From Planctomycetota bacterium (lineage in GTDB: Bacteria; Planctomycetota; B15-G4), in contig CBDFJQ010000002.1 in NCBI GenBank assembly GCA_965248575.1, forward strand, positions 3,616,001-3,680,000: DNA of 64,000 nt. Reading direction: 5' to 3'. Every line of letters begins with the position of its first letter. Positions within the stretch are counted from its first letter, which is position 1. This document shows, piece after piece, positions 1 to 11,174 of the stretch. Both the position numbers and the translations under genes were made by a program. Below the pieces are notes generated by a model that was not told the origin of the DNA, made no database searches, and saw only the letters and a program-made list of their open reading frames with translations.

Positions 1-1
1 C

Positions 2-1309
2 ACCCCCGAGGTGGTCATGGTGGATCTCACCATCGAGGAGCGCCGGAGTGGCTTTGCCTACATCAGCGATGCCCTGCGTTCGGCCATGGATGACGTCTTG
101 GCCCGCAGGGGCCAGGTGATCCTGTTCCTGAATCGTCGCGGTTGGTCACCGGTCCTGTTGTGCCGGACGTGCCGGGCCGCCCTGCGCTGCCCCGACTGCG
201 ATGTGTCCATGACCCTGCACAACCGGGCGCAGCGGGTGCTGTGCCATTACTGCGGGCATGAAGAGCCGCCGCCCACGCAATGTCGTACGTGCGGGCAGCG
301 CTTGTCACCGCTGGGCTTCGGCACCGAGAAGGTGGAGGCGGAAGTGAAGCAGACCTTCCCCCACGCCCAGGTGGCGCGCATGGACAGCGACACCATGTCC
401 GGCCGCGGGGCGCACCAGACGGTGCTGGATGCCTTTGGCGCCGGCAAGGTCGACGTGCTGGTGGGCACGCAGATGATCGCCAAGGGGCTCGACTTCCCGA
501 ACGCGCTGCTGGTGGGTGTGCTCTGCGCGGACTCGGCGCTCTTCTTGCCCGACTATCGCGCAGCCGAGCGCACCTTCCAGTTGATGGCGCAGGTGACAGG
601 TCGCACGGGTCGCGGGCCCAAGGGCGGGCGGGTGGTGGTGCAAGCCTACGACCCGCGGCACTTCGCCATCCGCACGGGGGTGGAGCAGGACTACACGACC
701 TTCGCGCGCAACGAGCTGGAGGAACGGGACGCCATGGGTTACCCGCCCTTTGGGCGCCTGATCCGGGTGGTGGTGCAGGGGCCCGAAGAGCTCGAGGTGA
801 CGAAGCGGGCCGTCGAGCTGGGGCGGGCCATGCGGGCCGCCATTGGCCGGCCGGACCCGGCCGAAGCGGCTGAGCAGGCGGCGGCGGAAACGGCCTCTCG
901 AGCGGCTGGAGTGGAGCGAGCTGCGGCCCCCAAGCAGCCTGGCAGCCGGCGCCCGGGCCGCTCCAAGCCAGCGGCCTCCGAGAACCTGCTCTTCCCCGAC
1001 GCGCACACCATGCCCGACCCAGTAGCGCCGCCTAGCAGGGAGATCGAGGTCACGACCTCCGAGCCGAAGCCGCGCCGCCGCCGGGGCCCGGCGGAGATCG
1101 TGGTGCCGGACGAGCCCCTCGATGTGGTCATTCTGGGGCCGGCGCCCGCCCCCATCCCGCGCATCAACAAGCAGCACCGGGTGCATCTGGTGGCCAAGTG
1201 TGCCGACGACTCGGGGGTGGACGCCTTGCTCAGGGCCTTGGTGGGGCGCACTCAGCCGGTGCGAGCCATGCGCGTCCTGGTGGACGTGGACCCCATGAGC
1301 ATGTTGTAG
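2..1309 (+). CDS. priA: Primosomal protein N' (replication restart helicase), 5'-partial
   Basis: LFLNRRGW motif, Cys-rich zinc region (CRTC/CPDC/CHYC/CRTC), helicase motifs LVGTQMIAKGLDFP and QVTGRTGRG, C-terminal GPAPAPI...VDVDPMSML. Confidence 0.95.
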   Translation, partial: TPEVVMVDLTIEERRSGFAYISDALRSAMDDVLARRGQVILFLNRRGWSPVLLCRTCRAALRCPDCDVSMTLHNRAQRVLCHYCGHEEPPPTQCRTCGQRLSPLGFGTEKVEAEVKQTFPHAQVARMDSDTMSGRGAHQTVLDAFGAGKVDVLVGTQMIAKGLDFPNALLVGVLCADSALFLPDYRAAERTFQLMAQVTGRTGRGPKGGRVVVQAYDPRHFAIRTGVEQDYTTFARNELEERDAMGYPPFGRLIRVVVQGPEELEVTKRAVELGRAMRAAIGRPDPAEAAEQAAAETASRAAGVERAAAPKQPGSRRPGRSKPAASENLLFPDAHTMPDPVAPPSREIEVTTSEPKPRRRRGPAEIVVPDEPLDVVILGPAPAPIPRINKQHRVHLVAKCADDSGVDALLRALVGRTQPVRAMRVLVDVDPMSML

Positions 1310-1405
1310 GGGCAGATCTCGGTTTCGCGGGACTCCCACGCGTGACGGGGGGCCAATCGTTCTTACAATCTGACGATTCGCCCCGATGATGAGGAGCCCG
1401 CCGTT

Positions 1406-2779
<1,374 letters not shown>

Positions 2780-2907
2780 GCCCGGCCTGCGATACAACCG
2801 GGTGAGAGAGAGGCGTCGATCGGCGATCGACCGGGGCCCTCGTAGGAATCAACAGTGAAGCGAGCGCCCTCGCTCCGAGTGCGTCTTCGCAGCGCATTCA
2901 ACATGGA

Positions 2908-5900
2908 GTGGTGGCGATGGCAATTGGGATGCGTGGCAGGTCCGGCTCTAGCGGAACATCGAAGCAAGGGCGTGTGCACGGGGGCCGCGTTGCCCTGCTC
3001 GGTCTCTTGGGCCTCGTGTCCGCGTGCGCTTCCGATGCTGCACCGACGAAAGTCGCGGGCATCCCCGAGCCTCCGTCCGCCATCGCCGAGATGGTGGGCG
3101 TGCGACTCCAGGGCCTGCGCTGGGGTGAGGCCTCGCCGGAACTGCCCGGCAGCGAACAACGTTTCGCGCTCCTGCTGGGCGGTGGGTCCGGTGGCGGACC
3201 CAACGCCGAGAGCACGAGCGCACAGACGGGATTTGTCGAAGCCAACTTGCAGCGCGTGCGCGAGGTGCTCACGGAGTGCTGTCATGTAGCGCCGAACGCG
3301 CAGACGGCCCTGAGCGGAGAGGCCCTGGACGCCGCTGCGGTGCAAGCAGCCATCGCCGACGTGGTGAGCCGTGCCAAGAGCCCCGAGCTGCTGCTGATGG
3401 TGTATCTCAGCGGCCAGGCTGTGGTGGATGAACGCGGTGAGGTGCACTACCTCACGGCGCACTCCCGCCAACGGCTGGATGGGCAATGGGAAGGCAGCCT
3501 CACACGGGCCCAGCTGGCCGGCTGGTTGAGCGAGGCGTCGGAACAAGTGGCCGAGGGAGGCAACAGCCTGCGCACGGTCTTGGTGACGGACGTGGTCCGC
3601 CCGGCACGCAGCATCCAGACACCCGGGGTGGCCCTGCAAGGCCGCAGCGGCTGGGAGCTGCACGCGAGCGAGCACGGGCGTGCGGGGATGGTGTCCGCCG
3701 TGCGCCGGGATGCCGCGCAGGACGGCGGCGCCCGGGCCGCCACGCCCTTCACGGAAGCCTTCGTGCAGAGCCTGGAGAGCCTGGCCAAGGAAGGCCGAGC
3801 CGCGCCGGTGAGCCTCGTGCTGGAACGCACCCGTTCGGCCTTGGTGTCCCAAGGGGCGGGGCACCCCACGCCTGAGCTGGTGCGCCCGGAATCCTGGATG
3901 GGCCAGCAGCCTCGCTTGGTGGCACCGCGCCGCATCAGCTGCTCGGTGGTGGTGCTGGATGCCCTCAACGATGAGCCCGTGCGGGATGCGCACCTGAGCG
4001 TGGACTCGATGAGCCAGGCGCGGGGGGACGGGCCGTTGCCCATGGCCCAGCTGCCGGGGCGCCATCTGCTGCGCGTCTCTGCGCCGGGCTTCCTGACCCG
4101 CGTCGAAGAGTTCGTGGTGGATGTGGAGCGTTCCGGCCGCCCGCTGGAGGTGCGCTTGTTGCCCAATCTCGTGCAGGTGAAGGGTTGGGTCAGTCCGCCC
4201 GGCAACGTCACCGTGAGCGTGGACGGCTTGCCCGAGAGCGCCATCCGCGAGGGCTTTCACGTGGTGCGCGCAACCGCCAGTGAAGATGGCAGCTTCCAGC
4301 TGCGGCTGCCCGCCGTGGGCCCCGAGGTGAAGCTCGTGGTGAGCCGTGGCAGCAAGGCCATTGTGCGCAAGCCGCTACCGGTTGCACCGGAGCGCTACCT
4401 GAACGGCCCCGACGATGTCCTGGAAGGTCTCGGGCTCATGGACCTGGGCCCCGTGCGCATGCCCGACGGCCATCCCATGGATCTGTTGCACGCGGCCGCG
4501 GATGAGTTGGAGCGGGCGGGGGGCGCCGGTGCCCTGCCCGTGCCGTCGGGCTTCGACGACCCCAGCGAACTGGTGGCCCCCGTCTGGTTTTCGGAGCAGG
4601 ACAGCGAGCGCTGGAAGTCGTTCCGGGTGGCGGTGAAGGCCTTCGATTGGAACCCGGCCCTGGCGCATCTGGAGGCTTTGTCCCCGCGCATGGACCCGAC
4701 CTTGGCGGAGGCTTGGCGCGGTTGGGTGGAGCTGAAGGTCTGCGCCGACCTGCCCGAGGTCGCCCTGATCGAAGCGCGCCGGGAGACCATGCCGAGCAAC
4801 CGGCCGCTGTTGCGGCTAGCCCTGACGTCCCGGGTCCTGGCCGCGTATCTCGAGCGCGCCTCGGCCTGGGCCAGCACGGGTGACGCGCAGACCGTGGCCG
4901 CACTGCAGGCCGTGCCGCTGTCCTTGCTCGACGACGAGGTCGGCCCCTATCGGGACTCCCTGGCCCAGGCCGTGGAGCAACGCAGCTACGGCATCGCGGC
5001 GACGCTTCTGTTGCGCCTGGCTGAGGAGAGCCGCTGGACCGACGCGCTGGACGCCATGGCGAGCTTGGGTGCCAATGGCACCTGGGGCACGCTGGCATTC
5101 GTCGAGATGCGCCGTGAGGCGCTCGCCGCCTCGCTCGAGGCAGAGCTGGATACGGCCTTGGGTGAGGGCCTGGCGGCTCAAGATTGGCGCCGATCGGATC
5201 GCATCCTCAACTGGATGACCTTGCACGGCGAGCGCTTGGGGCTGAACAGCACCCGGGCGCTGCTGGCCTTCGCGGAGCGCATCGCGGTGGAGCGTGTGCC
5301 AGCCGATGTGCATGAACTCTACGAGCAGGCGCAGGGCGCTTTCCTGGAGGGGCAGACCGTCGAGGCGGATGTGCTCTACGGGCAGTTGGAAGGGCGCATG
5401 CGTGAGCGCTACACCGACTATGTGCTGTCGCAACGGGACCGGCTCGGCCCGCAGCTGTATGTGCGCCACGCCAAGGAGGCCGAGAGCCTCGAGCTGGAGG
5501 GGCGCCTGGACGAGGCCGCTGCAGCCTACGGGCGAGCGCTGTCCTTTGATCGCCGGGCGGCCGCAGACCTGCTGCGCCTGGGTCGGGCGACCCCGGGCGT
5601 GCAGCTGGTGACGGCTGATGGTCGGGCCGGTTACTCAGACATCGGCAGCGCCTTGGCTCAGTCCTTGCCGGGTGCCGCCGTGTTGGTGGGGCCGGGTGTC
5701 TACACCGAGAGCCTGACCCTGAAGGGTTCCCGCGTGTTGCTCGGCGTGGGTGGCGACGTGGACATCGTGTCGCCCAGCGGCGCGGCCCTGAGCGTGGAAG
5801 CTGGCTCCGATGTGGAGGTGAGCGGTGTCACACTGCGCAGCCGCAGCCCGGGCGTGGCCACCGTGCGACTCCAATCGGCCAGCTTGCTCTTGGACGCCTG

Positions 5901-7173
5901 CCGTATCGTTCCTGCCCAGGGCGGCAGCGCCGTCCACGCCAGCGGCAAGGGGGCCCTGGCACAGCTGCGCCGTTGCGAGATCCCGGCTGCTGCCGCCGAC
6001 GGCCTGACCATCAGCGACGAGGCACGGCTGGAGATGACGGGTTGTGCGGTGGGCTTGCCCGGGCGCGAAGACGCCGGGAGCAGCATGCACCGCTTCCTCT
6101 TGGCCGACGTGCCGCGCTCCGTGCGTGTGACCGATTGCGTGTTCGGGCGGGATCATGTGCAAGGGCCCGAGACCCTCAGCGCAGGGCGGCTCGCGCGCAT
6201 CCAGCGTTCCAACACCCTGCGCGTGGAGGCGGATCAGGAGCAGTGGCCGTCTTGGGCTCTCAGGGGCTTGACGCACACCACCACGGTGACCCGTGCGCTC
6301 GAGTTGGCGGAGGCCGGAGCCACCATCCGCGTCGCCCCGGGTCTCTATCGCGAGAGCTTGCGACCGTCCCGAAGCGTGCGGCTCGTGGCGGACTCCCCGA
6401 ACGGGGAGGCGGTGGTGGTGGACGCTGGGACGAAGCCCTTCGCCATGCGCCTCGATGCACCGGTGTCGGTCTACGCCAAGGGTTTGACGTTCCGGCTCAG
6501 TGAACCCGCCTCGCCCCGCCAGCTGAGTGAAGCGGTGTCGGTGCGCGATGGGCAGCTGGAGTTGGAGGACTGCCGCATCGAGACGGGTGAGTCCTCAAGG
6601 GCCTGGAGGCCCCGGGGCCTGGCCGTAGGGAACGCCTCCTTTAATCGAGTGGGGGCTGCAAGCGCGGGTGCTTCCTCGGTCCAGCGGACCCCTGCCGAGC
6701 CCGGCAACGCACGCGCTGCCGATGGCTCCAGTTCCACGCCAGCGGGTGAGGAGACGGCCCAGGCCGCCGAGGGCTCATCGGATTCGTCCATCGAGGCGCC
6801 CAGGCTATCCGGTTCCTCAGAGACCCAAGCTGGCGAGCTCACAGCCGCTTTGGAGAAGGTGGCTTCGGTGGTCTTGCGCCGCTGCCGCATCACGAGCTCG
6901 GCCTTGGGCGTCAGCATCGACGGCGCCCACGAGGTGACGGTCTGGGACAGCGAGATCATCGGGCGCGTGGCAGGTGTGCGGCCCCGGGCTGGTGGCCGGG
7001 CGGATCTGGTGGCCACCACCATCCGCGGCTGCGAGAAGGGTGTGCAGTTGGACGGCCCGCTGTCTCTCGCGCGTTTGGAGGCCTGTGTGTTGTCCGGAAA
7101 CCAGGACGCCTGGGTGCTGCTGGACGGCGCAACGGAAGCCCAGCTGAGCGTGACAGCCACGAACGTGCGCTGA
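2908..7173 (+). CDS. Large putative lipoprotein: degenerate caspase-like domain, PEGA-like domain, TPR-like helices and right-handed beta-helix modules
   Basis: 1421-aa ORF with lipobox-like LLGLVSAC, caspase-fold-like LMVYLSGQA / LVTDVVR / FTEAFVQSL, PEGA-like LPGRHLLRVSAPGF, TPR-like GRLDEAAAAYGRAL and two pectin-lyase-type starts (VLVGPGVYTESL, IRVAPGLYRESL). Start uncertain (2908, 2929 or 2974). Confidence 0.7.
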   Translation: MVAMAIGMRGRSGSSGTSKQGRVHGGRVALLGLLGLVSACASDAAPTKVAGIPEPPSAIAEMVGVRLQGLRWGEASPELPGSEQRFALLLGGGSGGGPNAESTSAQTGFVEANLQRVREVLTECCHVAPNAQTALSGEALDAAAVQAAIADVVSRAKSPELLLMVYLSGQAVVDERGEVHYLTAHSRQRLDGQWEGSLTRAQLAGWLSEASEQVAEGGNSLRTVLVTDVVRPARSIQTPGVALQGRSGWELHASEHGRAGMVSAVRRDAAQDGGARAATPFTEAFVQSLESLAKEGRAAPVSLVLERTRSALVSQGAGHPTPELVRPESWMGQQPRLVAPRRISCSVVVLDALNDEPVRDAHLSVDSMSQARGDGPLPMAQLPGRHLLRVSAPGFLTRVEEFVVDVERSGRPLEVRLLPNLVQVKGWVSPPGNVTVSVDGLPESAIREGFHVVRATASEDGSFQLRLPAVGPEVKLVVSRGSKAIVRKPLPVAPERYLNGPDDVLEGLGLMDLGPVRMPDGHPMDLLHAAADELERAGGAGALPVPSGFDDPSELVAPVWFSEQDSERWKSFRVAVKAFDWNPALAHLEALSPRMDPTLAEAWRGWVELKVCADLPEVALIEARRETMPSNRPLLRLALTSRVLAAYLERASAWASTGDAQTVAALQAVPLSLLDDEVGPYRDSLAQAVEQRSYGIAATLLLRLAEESRWTDALDAMASLGANGTWGTLAFVEMRREALAASLEAELDTALGEGLAAQDWRRSDRILNWMTLHGERLGLNSTRALLAFAERIAVERVPADVHELYEQAQGAFLEGQTVEADVLYGQLEGRMRERYTDYVLSQRDRLGPQLYVRHAKEAESLELEGRLDEAAAAYGRALSFDRRAAADLLRLGRATPGVQLVTADGRAGYSDIGSALAQSLPGAAVLVGPGVYTESLTLKGSRVLLGVGGDVDIVSPSGAALSVEAGSDVEVSGVTLRSRSPGVATVRLQSASLLLDACRIVPAQGGSAVHASGKGALAQLRRCEIPAAAADGLTISDEARLEMTGCAVGLPGREDAGSSMHRFLLADVPRSVRVTDCVFGRDHVQGPETLSAGRLARIQRSNTLRVEADQEQWPSWALRGLTHTTTVTRALELAEAGATIRVAPGLYRESLRPSRSVRLVADSPNGEAVVVDAGTKPFAMRLDAPVSVYAKGLTFRLSEPASPRQLSEAVSVRDGQLELEDCRIETGESSRAWRPRGLAVGNASFNRVGAASAGASSVQRTPAEPGNARAADGSSSTPAGEETAQAAEGSSDSSIEAPRLSGSSETQAGELTAALEKVASVVLRRCRITSSALGVSIDGAHEVTVWDSEIIGRVAGVRPRAGGRADLVATTIRGCEKGVQLDGPLSLARLEACVLSGNQDAWVLLDGATEAQLSVTATNVR

Positions 7174-7186
7174 AGGGCAACGCCGC

Positions 7187-9973
7187 TCAGCGCTGGGCGC
7201 CGTCCGACTCGTCGCCCCCGAGGTAGCCCAAGGCGCGCAAGGCGTCGAGTTGGTGGGCGTCCATGCTGGGTGCGCCTCGGTCGACATCTGCTTCCTCGGC
7301 AGGGCCGTCGAACAGGTGCAGCCCGGCGCGGCCGCTCTGGAGCAGACGCTTGAGCTGGCCCGGCTCGTAGCGGGTGAACTGTCGCGAGACGGGTTTGGAG
7401 CTGCCCACGCCGATCGGGCCTGTGGTGGTCAGGCGGGCGACCAGGACCAGGTCGTCCGTCGAGTCCCCTTGGAAGGACGCGCTGCCGTCTTCGTCGACCT
7501 CGCCCGTGAGTCCATGGATCGAGACGGCTGAGTCGACACCTCTCACATGGAAGGCGTAGTGCATCCCAGGCGAGGTTCCGATGACCACCATGTAGTGGCC
7601 GGGGCGGTGCAGCATGACGTAGTCGAGGATCTGGGTTCGCATGGCCTTGAGCACGTCGGCGTTGCTCTCTGCGACGTTGACCTGTTCTTCAGGGTCGGCC
7701 CGGAGGTCGAACAAGGACTCGGTCGAGCGTGGCCGGCGCCAGGACTTGGAGATGTACTTCCAGTCCTGGGTGCGCAGGGCCAATCCACCGTTGTGTGTTT
7801 CCGTGACGGCGAGGCGGTCGGGCGCGTCGGCCGTGTCCGCAGCCAGCAGCGGGGCGAGGGACTCTGCGTGGATGTCGTTGGGCACGGGAAGGCCAGCGAG
7901 TTCCAGGAGCGTGGGCATGACGTCGAAAGCGCGGACTTGGGTCTTCACCACCTTGCCGCGTGCGGCGCCGGAGTTGGCGGGCTTGACGATGAGCGGGACG
8001 CGGATGCCTTCGTCGTAGAGCTTGCCCAGGGAATGCCCGAAGCTGCCGTGCTCCCAGAAGGCCTCGCCGTGGTCGGAGACGAACACGATCGTGGCGCTGT
8101 CGTAGAGGTCGCGCTGCTTGAGCTCGTCGAGCAAGGCGCCGATGCGATCGTCGACGTAGGCCACCTCGCCGTCGTACATGTTCTTCGCGAACTGCCGGGT
8201 CTTCTCGGAGACCGGGGGCTTGCCGATGTAGTACGGGAGTTCGAGCCACTCGGAGACGGGGCCGAAGGCGTTATCAAAAGGAGCGGGTTGAGTGAACGGC
8301 TGATGCGGGTCGTTGAAGTGCAGGAACAGGAAGTTCTGTAGACCTGTGCGGGAGTCCAGCCACTCCATGGCCTTGCCCAGGTTCTCGTCCGCGTGCGTCA
8401 CCTCTTGCGGTGCGATGAAGGACACGTCGAAGCCCTGGTCGTAGCCGCTGTTGTAGAGCGGTGCCTTGTAGGCGATGGACTGGGTGGACCAGCCGTGGGC
8501 GCGGAAGCGCTCGGCCAAGGTCTCGAAGCGCTCGGGCAACCGGGCCCAGAGCGAACCGGCCACCCACACGCCGTGCTGGGAGGGCACCAAGCCCGTGAGG
8601 ATCGACGCGAAGGAGGGGCAGGTCCAGGTGGAGTTGCTGACGACCTGATCGAAGCGCACGCCGTCCGCGGCGAGGGCGTCGAGCTGCGGTGAGGTGTTGC
8701 GCGAGTACCCGTAGGACGACAGGCGGTCGGCGCGCAGGGTGTCGACGGCGATCAGGATCACGGTCTGCGCTGCCTCGTCGGGCGGGCGCTGGCCGATCAT
8801 CGGCGTACCCCACATGGGGTGGGTGTCGCGGGTCTCCGAGCTCGTTCTCAGGGTGAGAGTGAAAGGCCTGTCTGCATAGGCGGACAGATCGATCTGCGCT
8901 TCGTGCCAGCTCCACTCGCTGGGCCGGGCGGTGAGGGTTTCGGACCAGAGCACGTCCTGCTCACCTTCGCACTCTGCGAGCACGGCGAACTCAGCGCTGC
9001 TCCCGGCTTGGGTCTGTCGCGCGAGACAATACGAGAAGCCCAGCGTGGCGCTCGGGCCGAGGGTCAGGGGGAAGCCGAGGGCGGTGGGCGGCGGAGCATA
9101 GAGCGCATTGCGGACGGAGTAGTTGTCCTCCAAGGACTTCACCTGGCTGCCGCCGGGCAGCAGGGGTGGGAACTGGCCTCGCTTGCGCATGCCGAGCGCG
9201 GGGTCCGCATCCTCGGCGAGGTCCTGGGCCTTCAAGAAGCCGATGGAGTGCTCTGGCGTGGGGTCCAGTCGGGTCAGGCGGATGTCATCGAACCAGGCTT
9301 CCGCGTCGCCCTCTTTCGAAAGCGTGCCCCGCGCCGCGTCTCCGGGCGTTTTCCGCAGCAGGATCAGCACGGCTTTCGTGTTGGGCATGCTGGAGAAGGC
9401 GACTGAGGCGTCCTGCCAGCTGCCGTCTGGCAGCGGCGCGTCGAGCTGGTGGGTCTTGGAGAGCGCCTGATCTCGGCCCACCGCCGTGGTCAGTTGCTCG
9501 AAGCTCATCAGCTCGGGGATTTCCACGACCGTGAGGTCGGCGACGATTGGCACCGTGCTGCGGGCCCGGCGTTCGAAGACGTAATGCGTCTTGGGCTGCA
9601 CGGGGACCGTCCAGGAGCGGACGCCCTTCATGGTCTGTGCGCTCATGCGCAGGGCGTGGCCTGCTTCGGTTTCAACGACCGTGCCGAGCGAGGGCGTGTC
9701 GCTGCCCTCTGCTTCCGGCGCGATCGCTTCGAAGTCCTCCATGAAGACGACGTCCCGGGGGATGTTGCCCAGCTGTTCAAGCGAGGTGACCGCAGGTACA
9801 TCCACGAGTGGGCTGCTGATGGAGGCGCTGTGGAGTCGGTCCGCGAGGCGGATCAGGCTCGACCGCGAGGGGGTCTCGTTCAGCGTGTCCGCCGGGGAGT
9901 CCCCGCAGGCAAGGTTGGCCAGGGCCATGGCACAGACGAGTGCCGCGATCAGCGCGTTGCGGTGAGCTCTCAT
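7187..9973 (-). CDS. Sulfatase-like (alkaline phosphatase superfamily) lipoprotein
   Basis: Lipobox LANLAC, ILIAVDTLRADRL, STWTCPSFASILTG, HFNDPHQP, SDHGE and C-terminal LRALGYL. Confidence 0.85.
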   Translation of the reverse strand: MRAHRNALIAALVCAMALANLACGDSPADTLNETPSRSSLIRLADRLHSASISSPLVDVPAVTSLEQLGNIPRDVVFMEDFEAIAPEAEGSDTPSLGTVVETEAGHALRMSAQTMKGVRSWTVPVQPKTHYVFERRARSTVPIVADLTVVEIPELMSFEQLTTAVGRDQALSKTHQLDAPLPDGSWQDASVAFSSMPNTKAVLILLRKTPGDAARGTLSKEGDAEAWFDDIRLTRLDPTPEHSIGFLKAQDLAEDADPALGMRKRGQFPPLLPGGSQVKSLEDNYSVRNALYAPPPTALGFPLTLGPSATLGFSYCLARQTQAGSSAEFAVLAECEGEQDVLWSETLTARPSEWSWHEAQIDLSAYADRPFTLTLRTSSETRDTHPMWGTPMIGQRPPDEAAQTVILIAVDTLRADRLSSYGYSRNTSPQLDALAADGVRFDQVVSNSTWTCPSFASILTGLVPSQHGVWVAGSLWARLPERFETLAERFRAHGWSTQSIAYKAPLYNSGYDQGFDVSFIAPQEVTHADENLGKAMEWLDSRTGLQNFLFLHFNDPHQPFTQPAPFDNAFGPVSEWLELPYYIGKPPVSEKTRQFAKNMYDGEVAYVDDRIGALLDELKQRDLYDSATIVFVSDHGEAFWEHGSFGHSLGKLYDEGIRVPLIVKPANSGAARGKVVKTQVRAFDVMPTLLELAGLPVPNDIHAESLAPLLAADTADAPDRLAVTETHNGGLALRTQDWKYISKSWRRPRSTESLFDLRADPEEQVNVAESNADVLKAMRTQILDYVMLHRPGHYMVVIGTSPGMHYAFHVRGVDSAVSIHGLTGEVDEDGSASFQGDSTDDLVLVARLTTTGPIGVGSSKPVSRQFTRYEPGQLKRLLQSGRAGLHLFDGPAEEADVDRGAPSMDAHQLDALRALGYLGGDESDGAQR

Positions 9974-9980
9974 GCCCGTT

Positions 9981-11174
9981 CTAGACCCCCAACCGCTCCA
10001 TCACTGCGCGCACGATCAACGGCCATGCGATGGTCGCGTCGGCCTTCACCTCGGCCCAGCGGCCGCCTTCTGCGGCGGGGACGATCTTGCCCCAGCTGAC
10101 GCTCTCGCTGTAGTCACAGCCCGAGAGCCCACCCCAGTGCACGGGCTCGGGGCAGAGGCGCACGGCGTAGCGGTAGCGCAGGGGCTCGCGGGCCATGCTG
10201 GGCACGCGCTTGCCGAGGATGTCGATGTAGGGCGCGATCTGCTGGGCCCAGTTGCGGGGCACGCCGCCGCCGATGGTGAAGATGCCGTGCACCGAGGCTT
10301 CCGTGAACGTCTTGTGGAAGTGGTCCAGGTCGCGGAAGGGGTCATAGCTGAGCGGGCGCTGGCCGGCCACGCGCCGGGCGTGGTTGTTGGTGGCGAAGTC
10401 GAGGCCCAGCTCGCTGTCGGTGAAGGCCGGGACGTAGATCGGCACACCGTGTTGGGCGGCGGACTTCAGGGGGCCGCGCCCTTCGGTGTTCTGGATCAGC
10501 CATTGGCCGATGGCGGCGTTGATCTCGTGGCTGCTTGTGGTCTGCTCGTCGCTGAGGGACCCCAGCACCTGCGCCATGATGCGCTCGGTGTCGTCGAGGT
10601 TCTGCTCCAGCTCGATCGTGTCGTAGACGCGGTTGTAGCCGCGCTCGAACAACTCGTCGTCGGGCATGCTGCGGTCGTGGGCGAAGTGCTGCATGCCCAG
10701 GGACTCCACCAGCCCGTGGGCCATGAGTGCGCCGGTGGAGACGATGGCCTGGACCCAGCCGCGCTCGATCATCTCGCAGATGACGAGGCCTTGCTTGGCG
10801 ATGGTCATGGCCCCGGAGAGGGTCATGACCACATGGCAGGCGGGGTCACGCACCATGGCTTCGAGCACGTCCGCCGCCTCACCGAGGCTGCGACCACCGA
10901 AGCTGGTGCCACCCATACCGCGCACCAGGGCGTCCACCGAGTCGGTGGCCCCCAGGTCGAGGGAGTGCAGCGGCCGCAGCCCGTCCTCGTGGCCATCGTG
11001 CAGGGTCTGGCGCAGGCCGTCGGAGTCGTCCGGGATCGCGGCGGGCTCAGAGGCCGAGGTCGTGTCCTCGGGGTTCAAGGGCCCGTCGCGCGTGTCGGAT
11101 CCATCAGCCTGCGGGTCGCCCTTGCCCTGCTCGTCGTCCGGACGGGGCGTGCCGCAGGGGTAGGCCCCGCTCAC
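9981..11174 (-). CDS. Deoxyhypusine synthase-like protein (bacterial homospermidine-synthase-type candidate)
   Basis: TLSGAMT, VSTGALMAHG, PAFTDSELG, IGGGVPRNW, WGGLSGC..SESVSWGK (catalytic Lys context) and ADATIAWP. GTGA overlap with the carA stop. Confidence 0.88.
   Translation of the reverse strand: MSGAYPCGTPRPDDEQGKGDPQADGSDTRDGPLNPEDTTSASEPAAIPDDSDGLRQTLHDGHEDGLRPLHSLDLGATDSVDALVRGMGGTSFGGRSLGEAADVLEAMVRDPACHVVMTLSGAMTIAKQGLVICEMIERGWVQAIVSTGALMAHGLVESLGMQHFAHDRSMPDDELFERGYNRVYDTIELEQNLDDTERIMAQVLGSLSDEQTTSSHEINAAIGQWLIQNTEGRGPLKSAAQHGVPIYVPAFTDSELGLDFATNNHARRVAGQRPLSYDPFRDLDHFHKTFTEASVHGIFTIGGGVPRNWAQQIAPYIDILGKRVPSMAREPLRYRYAVRLCPEPVHWGGLSGCDYSESVSWGKIVPAAEGGRWAEVKADATIAWPLIVRAVMERLGV

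Noticed and set aside
845..1118. Intein in PriA
   Set aside because: No N-terminal C/S block or C-terminal HN-(C/S/T); low-complexity composition.
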